Source: Octopus bimaculoides | Taxonomy: Eukaryota | NCBI RefSeq assembly: GCF_001194135.2 | Contig: NC_068984.1 | Location: 29,800,351-29,833,892, forward strand | Reading direction: 5' to 3' | DNA: 33,542 nt | Part shown: piece after piece, positions 26,891-33,542 of the stretch | Position numbering within the stretch: the stretch's first letter is position 1 | How the letters are laid out: the number at the start of each line of letters is the position of its first letter | Notes under the pieces: model-generated | What the model was told of the DNA's origin: nothing | The model's database searches: none | What the model saw: the letters and a program-made list of their open reading frames with translations, nothing else | Position numbers and translations under genes: made by a program

Positions 26891-28139
26891 GTTTGACAGA
26901 TTTCAACACGCATCAACAAATAATTGTTTGTTGACTTCTATAAACCAGAGATTGCAGTTTTATTTGATTAAAGTCATTGGAACTTAGTCAAAATATTTAA
27001 TAGCCACATTTTAATGACTGAAACATATACAAGGTACAAAATAAAAAGTGAATTTATGATCATAACAATTTATAACAACTGATAACAGTTATAATTTATG
27101 TGATAATGGTTGCAAAATACCTATCCGTGTATTAATATAAGAATGTGTATAAGTTCTGATCTTCATTACATCTCGAAGATAAGTAGCAACATAAATGAGA
27201 ATACATGATTTCAACTGGAATTGAAACTAATTTATTGAAACAATTGTTAGAATCACCTTTAAAATGTAGAAGTTAAATGTTTGTGCGCAAGGAAATAATT
27301 GAGTGCATAGCTCACCTTGTTATTTGGAATTGCGCCTGGTCCGATTCAATATGGGACTACTAATCTCTTCTTTGTGATGCTAAGAATGAGAGTTAAAACG
27401 AGTCATCTGCTGTTTAAGCAAGCTCCAACTATAAAGACAAAATATTCATTTCATTTATTAAGCACAAGATATATTTGCTGTGAAAATGTTATACATCGTC
27501 TGTTTCTTTGATCGTGTAATATCATTTATACATTTTGAACCTTAGGAGAGAAGGAAAAATGTATTAACGTAAGGTATTTTGATGTTCTTTAAATATTTTG
27601 ACTAAGTTGCTTTTGTTTCTTTTTTAATTTCCCAATGTACCTGTTGAATACCATACGACGAAATTTCACTCAAAATTTTTTTAACGAAAATTTGATGTCT
27701 AAATCGAAATTTATAAATTCGACATAAATAATCTATAATCATCATCTCAATTATTTATATGAAAATGTAGATCAACTTTGAAATAAAATTTAGGATTATA
27801 AAGAACCCGAGATAACTGAACACACCACTAGATCTGTATTGGAGATATGGGTTTGGAGTGGCATCGATGCAAAATTCAGAGCTCTAGGTGCAGTTTTGAG
27901 AAGTATTTCACCCATAACTGAAAAGTAAATGTTGAGTACAACTTGAGAGAAAATCGTTTGATTTCCTTGTAATTTACAGAAAGGATTGGATCTTCTGTGG
28001 TCCTATTAACAGGAGTTCATCTTTAGATATAGTATAAGTTTGTTTATGATACTATCTTATATAATGGGTTTTAATAAAACGGAACTAAAAATATTTACTC
28101 TGTTTAGGTAATAACAAATGTAATGTCTATACATTGAGA

Positions 28140-28854
28140 TGACAGCTATGAGTATATATCCAGTAATATATTTGAGAATATTCTACACAATGAACTTGGT
28201 ACGACGAGGGTTTCTGCTCGGTGGGTACTGCTTCTTCTGACACACGTCCGAAAGCTCACCAGTTTTACCACATTAATGGAAAATCTGACATTGTTCGAGA
28301 CAGATCCAGCTGGTTTCCTTAATCATTTTTCTCACCAAAGATGAGTGTTGTCTTCGTCTCTTTGAGCAAGAGATAAAGAGATAATCTATGGAGTAGAGAC
28401 ACCCCTCCTCACTTGCTGAAAAGAAGGTCAAGATCGTTTCATCTGTAGGGAAAGTGAAGGCTTCAGGTTTTGAGAATGCAAAAGGCCTTGTGTTTATGGA
28501 CTATCTTCAGAAAGGCAACACCATCAATGGAGAGTACTATGCCAATTTTCTGAGGCAGTTACGAAAAGCTATAAAGACCAAATGATCGGCAAAACCGACA
28601 AAGGGGCTCTTGTTTCATCAGAATACGAGTCCTTGGTTTCAGTGTCTGTTGTGTGTGAATGTGGCTTTGAATTGGTTGATCACCCCCTCCCCTCTTGAAT
28701 GGTCTCATCTGACTATTATTTGTTCCCCAACATGTAAAAGCTATTGGCTGGGAACCAGTATCACTTTGACAATGACCTCATATATGCTGCTGATTTCGTC
28801 ACACTCCATGATATTACTTTGGTCAGCCTATGGACTTTTCAACCGACCGTCCTA
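28140..28854 (+). mobile_element. Tc1/mariner (mariner-type) transposase relic, catalytic-domain half
   Basis: Translation with stops and frameshifts: FENILHNELGTTRVSARWVLLLLT...NLTLFETDPAGFL / FLTKDEC...KKVKIVSSVGKVKAS...KGLVFMDYLQKGNTINGEYYANFLRQLRKAIKTK...LLFHQN / ELVDHP...SDYYLFPNM. These are degenerate WVP, TxDE, HDNA and YSPDL motifs. A possible decayed TIR lies at about 28821-28854. Confidence 0.9.
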
Positions 28855-29279
28855 TTATAATTTATGGAGTACAGCAAAAATCTGCATAATACTATATGTA
28901 TTGGCCGATTCAAAAGTCAATATTTGATTCCAGCTATTTTTCTTCGGAGAACACCTTTAAATGATGTACTTATTAAAGGCTCCTTACACGACTGAACTAC
29001 GTGTTATGAATATATATATATTTAAATATACATACATACATAATATATATATATATATGTATGTATCATAGCAACTGAATATCGATTCTGAAGGAGAATG
29101 GCAGCTCTGGAAAAATGATTTATGTGAGTTTGTATTTGAATTTAGTTTACAGCTCTTTACCGATTTATAAGCAAATAAGGCTAACACCATTAATTCTTAT
29201 TCTTCTTAATACCCCCTTTGCTACATATTAAAAATCGTTTAGAATTTTAATTTTTTGCAATATTCATGAATTCTATTCT

Positions 29280-29830
29280 GAAATTGGCTGATTGTCTTCT
29301 ACTTGAAGATCTTTGGAAATCGATTTCATCTTGTTTGCATCAGGCTGGAGAATACTTGCTTTCTTGTAAGCTTGTTGAATAATTTATATGGATTCCATCT
29401 TGATGATTGATGGAATTTCGCAATGTTGTCGCTGTTGAAGTCGATGTTTTCTGTTATCTTTAGGCTTATAATATATCACCCTCTCTTTCTGCGATCTATT
29501 GATGGCAAATTGAGACTTATAAGTCTAGCCATATATAATAGATCTCTTCTCCAAGCTGCTATCAATTTAATGGCTTTCCTTGTACATTTCTAGAATTTTC
29601 TAGACACAAATCTGATATCTGAAGCAGTGCGTTCACCAAATGAAGTTACCATATTCGAGGTATGACCTCAACATAGTATATCAAAGTCAGAAATGTACTT
29701 GAGCTGATGAGTGAAAAAGTTCTTAATACTTCAAGAATGATGTTAATTCTATTATAGCTGTACTTTATTTAAGCGATGGAGAGTCTTTATTAAGAATCAC
29801 GCCAATGTCTTTTACTTCCTAAATATTTTC
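29280..29830 (-). mobile_element. CR1-clade LINE relic (RT C-terminal region), highly decayed
   Basis: Minus-strand pieces EVKDIGVIL, LRSYLEYGNFIW and KCTRKAIKLIAAWRRDLLYMARLISLNLPSIDRRKRG match CR1 motifs KDLGV, RPHLEY..W and QRRATKLI...Y.ERL..LNL.SL..RR.RGD. Confidence 0.75.
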
Positions 29831-30009
29831 TTTTGTTAGATAAATATATTTTGCCATGTATGAGCCTAAATGTAATCAACTTTCACTATGACGAATTCAA
29901 AAGTAATTGCTATCAACCCATCTAAGAATTCAGTTCATTGGAAGCATTTTACGTGTTGAAAAATTTAGAAAATCTGAATAATATTTAGGCATATTGTTTG
30001 AATTAAGGA

Positions 30010-30425
30010 TGCGAATGTACATACGTACATACACCAATACAGAGACACGCATGTACACGCGAACCAGACGTATTCATACGTACACCCACTCATACATGCG
30101 TGCCTAACATGTCGCACACATACATACCCGCAGCAGGAGCCGACGTATACTTATACTCGCATACAGGTACGCGCATACACACACACGCACACGTATACGC
30201 ATATATGCACACGCATGTACATAACACAGCAGATACTAAGGTATACTGATATGTACACGCACACAACTGATACACACCCATACGTACACATGCACCAGAC
30301 ACACACATCCAAGCACACACATATATTCCCAACAACGTGTTAATGCCGCTAGCTAACACACACAGGCACAGTATTTATGCATACTCACGTATCCATGCAG
30401 CAGATACAGCCGCACATACGCACAG
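30010..30425. repeat. Degenerate CA/TA-rich low-complexity tract
   Basis: Decayed (CA)n/(CATA)n pattern. Confidence 0.7.
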
Positions 30426-31014
30426 AGAGAACTTGTGTTGCTAACAATTCTCTCTCCATCTCCTAGTGAGCAAGGTACCACCTAGATTTTGTCAAACTAC
30501 AAGGTTCTAGAAATGGAAATTGGAATTTTTGTCTCTACCTGATATCACTATTGTACGAATACCAATATTAACAGCAACAAGATTGTTTTAGTAAATAATT
30601 CACTTGGCAAAGTGCAACAAACGAAAGAGCTATAATTAAGATAGCATGATTTAAACCAAAAATGTGACGCCATGTAACCTGCCTAAACCGATAGCTGGTG
30701 AAGCTCCAGTTTAATGTATTTATGTAGATTAGATCTGCTACTTGTAAAGTATTGGTGACTACAGTGTTTTCTGTTCCCATATTAGATCAAAATATTTGAA
30801 GCTGGCAGATTTTTCTTCGGAATTTAATCTAGATTTTCAACAAACTTATGTCTTTATCTGTGTTTACAGCTAAGTTTTTATATTAACAATGGTCATTTAA
30901 ATGCTTTGTACCGAAATAGCTTCGTCAAAATCGTTTTAGTTTTGTTCCTCTGTATAAATACTCAGATGTATAAATCAAAATATTACAATATTCCTTTGTA
31001 AAATTCTTTATTGC

Positions 31015-31345
31015 TTTATAGCCTTGTGTGCATTTGATCAGATGTCAGATGACGTAATATCCACTAAGCAGAAAAATTCATCATGCTAAGTTCATTGTGA
31101 AGAATATTCTTAAATCTCTTGTGGGTTATGCTAATAACATTGGCTATATCATTTATAGTCAATCGTCTGTCATCCATCACCATTTGGTGAACACGAGCAA
31201 TGTTTTCCTCAGTGGTGGCAGTTGTAGAAGATCCAGACATTGAATTACCTTCCGGACTCTCCCTTCTCCTAAATTCAGCTGCCCAATTTTGCACTGTGAA
31301 TAAGGCTGGAGCGTCATCTCCTAACATAGCAACTATGTTAGTATG
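31015..31345 (-). mobile_element. Mariner transposase relic, N-terminal HTH region
   Basis: HTNIVAMLGDDAPALFTVQNWAAEFRRRES...SG...ATTEENIARVHQMVMDDRRLTINDIANVISIT...NILHNELSMMNFSA*WILRHLT, which is the mariner DNA-binding domain and degenerate WVP linker. Confidence 0.9.
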
Positions 31346-31417
31346 ACGAAAAATATCAGTGATCAGTTATTCATGCTGGAATCTGCCAGAACATTTTAGG
31401 AATGACTAGATACATTG

Positions 31418-31451
<34 letters not shown>

Positions 31452-31849
31452 TTATATATNNNNNNNNNNNNNNNNNNNNNNNNNNNNNNNNNNNNNNNNN
31501 NNNNNNNNNNNNNNNNNNNNNNNNNNNNNNNNNNNNNNNNNNNNNNNNNNNNNNNNNNNNNNNNNNNNNNNNNNNNNNNNNNNNNNNNNNNNNNNNNNNN
31601 NNNNNNNNNNNNNNNNNNNNNNNNNNNNNNNNNNNNNNNNNNNNNNNNNNNNNNNNNNNNNNNNNNNNNNNNNNNNNNNNNNNNNNNNNNNNNNNNNNNN
31701 NNNNNNNNNNNNNNNNNNNNNNNNNNNNNNNNNNNNNNNNNNNNGCCGATGATAAATATAAAAAAATAAAAAACTTTCAAAGATGTGAATCTAATATAAA
31801 AAGCAATATTTTTTTTAATGACAGATGGATGTAAGGGAGACAATCAATT

Positions 31850-32702
31850 TCTGAAAGTTACTTTGCAAATACAATACAATCTACATTTACAGGATCCGAA
31901 GGCACTACAATCCCAGAGTCACAGGCAGTGAAAGACTTGGGGATCAGTATGTACAATGACGCATCATTTTATATGCATATAAGCAAGACGGCAGCAAAGT
32001 GCAGGCAACTGGCAGGATGGATATTGATGTCATTCAAGACAAAAGGTCAAGAAATTATGTTGACCCTGTGGCGAATTTTGTTCTCAGCCGTAAGTTATGG
32101 TCACCACATAGTGCCAAACTAACAGCGGAGCTTGAAGCAGTCCAACGCTACTACGCTAAAAAGATTGAAATAGTGCAGTGGATGAGCTATAGAGATAGGC
32201 TATGAAAACTGCAGCTCTACTCCCTGGAGTGAAGGCATGACACATGTGCAATAATATACATATGAAAATCCTGGAAGGGCTAGTACCTAACTTTGACATT
32301 GAGTGCTATACAAACGCCAGAACTGGCCGCCATGGTATTTTACCAAAGGTACCGTCCACTCCATTTAAATTCAGGACCAGGTATTGCAGTAGTCTAGCGT
32401 TCAAAGGCTCATAGCTCTTCAATGCCTTGCCGCAGAAATTGAGAAATTTGCATAGGGTGGAGGTGGATGTCTTCAAAATGGAACTGGACATACTCCTCTC
32501 CACCATACCGGATGGACAAACAGTCAGACATGAGGTATAGACGAGGGCAGCGGAACCAAATTCACCAAATGTACCAACAGCTGGGAAAAAAGCATATGCA
32601 GGAGTGGTGTGTGAAACACCCAGAGTGAGTAAGTCAGAAAGACCATGGTAGTGCTCCAGCATGACTTCAGCCGCATGGCTGAAACAAGTAAAAGAATTAA
32701 AG

Positions 32703-32704
<2 letters not shown>
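31850..32704 (+). mobile_element. CR1-clade LINE 3' fragment (RT C-terminus + 3' UTR/tail)
   Basis: VKDLGISMYNDASFYMHISKTAAKCRQLAGWILMSFKT..., LWSPHSAKLTAELEAVQRYYAKKI...MSYRDRL*KLQLYSLE, KILEGLVPNF, LFNALPQKLRN...FKMELD. Stops and frameshifts are present. It ends GTGCTCCAGCATG...GCTGAAACAAGTAAAAGAATTAAAGAA before a (CA)n tract. Confidence 0.9.
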
Positions 32705-32780
<76 letters not shown>

Positions 32781-32906
32781 GTTGAAATTTAAAGAAAAAC
32801 AAAAGACGATAACAGGTGTAGGAACAACAAGCAGGTGTATTAATTTGACGCTCGGTAAAGTGAGAAAGTCTTTTTCGCTTCGAGCTTACGCTTTTCAAGA
32901 GAAAGG
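32781..32906 (-). mobile_element. Penelope-like pLTR fragment (homologous to 18392-18505)
   Basis: Reverse complement AAGCGTAAGCTCGAAGCGAAAAAGACTTTCTCACTTTACCGAGCGTCAAATTAATACACC...TCGTCTTTTGTTTTT matches the 18.4-kb copy. Confidence 0.55.
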
Positions 32907-33542
32907 AAAAAGAGAAAATAAGCAGAGACAATAAAAACGCTTGGATTTAACGAGCAATCATGATATATTAACATATATATGTGCATGTGTGTATTTGCGT
33001 TTGTGTATGTGTGTATACATACATGATGTTTACATACATAATCCTGTAAAGGTAAATTTAAACTAATTGTGTACTATGTGACATCATTGTAACATTTTCG
33101 GTATCTGTAATCATATATCGATAAAAATTACATAACAGAGCACAACTTATTTTTTTACAAATTCTTCATTTATAAATTAGCATGAATGCAGGCAAGATTT
33201 GAAAGTCGTGGGTTTTTAGGAGGCGAAATACATACAAGATAACTCGGCTACCACGAAACTTACTCAAGAAGTTAGATGTAAAAAACTGTCACTTCGGATG
33301 TGATCATTAATTTCGCCTCCGTATGCCAGTATATGATCAACAACTGTTGACGGTCCATACTTTTAGCATCGGCAATTCAGCTATCGTGCAAAAGATATTC
33401 ACTCTCTCCTGGTCATTAACAACATTTACCAGGATTCTACATTTCTGTCAGTTATATAAAGTTTTAAAATATCTGTAACACACACACACACACACATATA
33501 TATTTATATATATATATATATATATATTATACATTATATATT

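Noticed and set aside
24134-27420. Isolated candidate exons (24.2, 25.3-25.45, 27.3-27.4 kb) and the 30568..30780 ORF
   Set aside because: No recognisable domain, weak splice context or stops in all frames.
28140-31345. Two mariner halves as one element split by an inversion
   Set aside because: They overlap by about 40 codons (NILHNEL...SARW...RL) and differ in sequence, so they are separate copies.

Overview
AT-rich, microsatellite-laden eukaryotic DNA from a gapped draft assembly (7 N-runs). The repeat families look like those of octopus; this is from my recognition of the repeats, not from a search. No intact protein-coding gene is demonstrable, and nearly all ORFs in the track are microsatellite or N artefacts. 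The window is a transposon graveyard. It holds three 5'-truncated R4/Dong-clade non-LTR fragments sitting in microsatellites, two CR1-clade LINE relics, two mariner transposase relics, five tRNA-derived SINE copies from three families, Penelope-like pLTR pieces and a ~700-bp imperfect palindrome. The most striking structure is at 7322-8727. There a SINE is split inside its tRNA-derived head by ~1 kb of inserted DNA with a 9-bp target-site duplication. The insert consists of two diverged but homologous 5'-truncated retroelement ends in tandem, each abutting the same target motif. This points to a sequence-specific LINE family (possibly Tx1-like) that targets the SINE or tRNA head. Also notable are a LINE 3' tail shared with the SINEs and microsatellite-specific R4 insertions.
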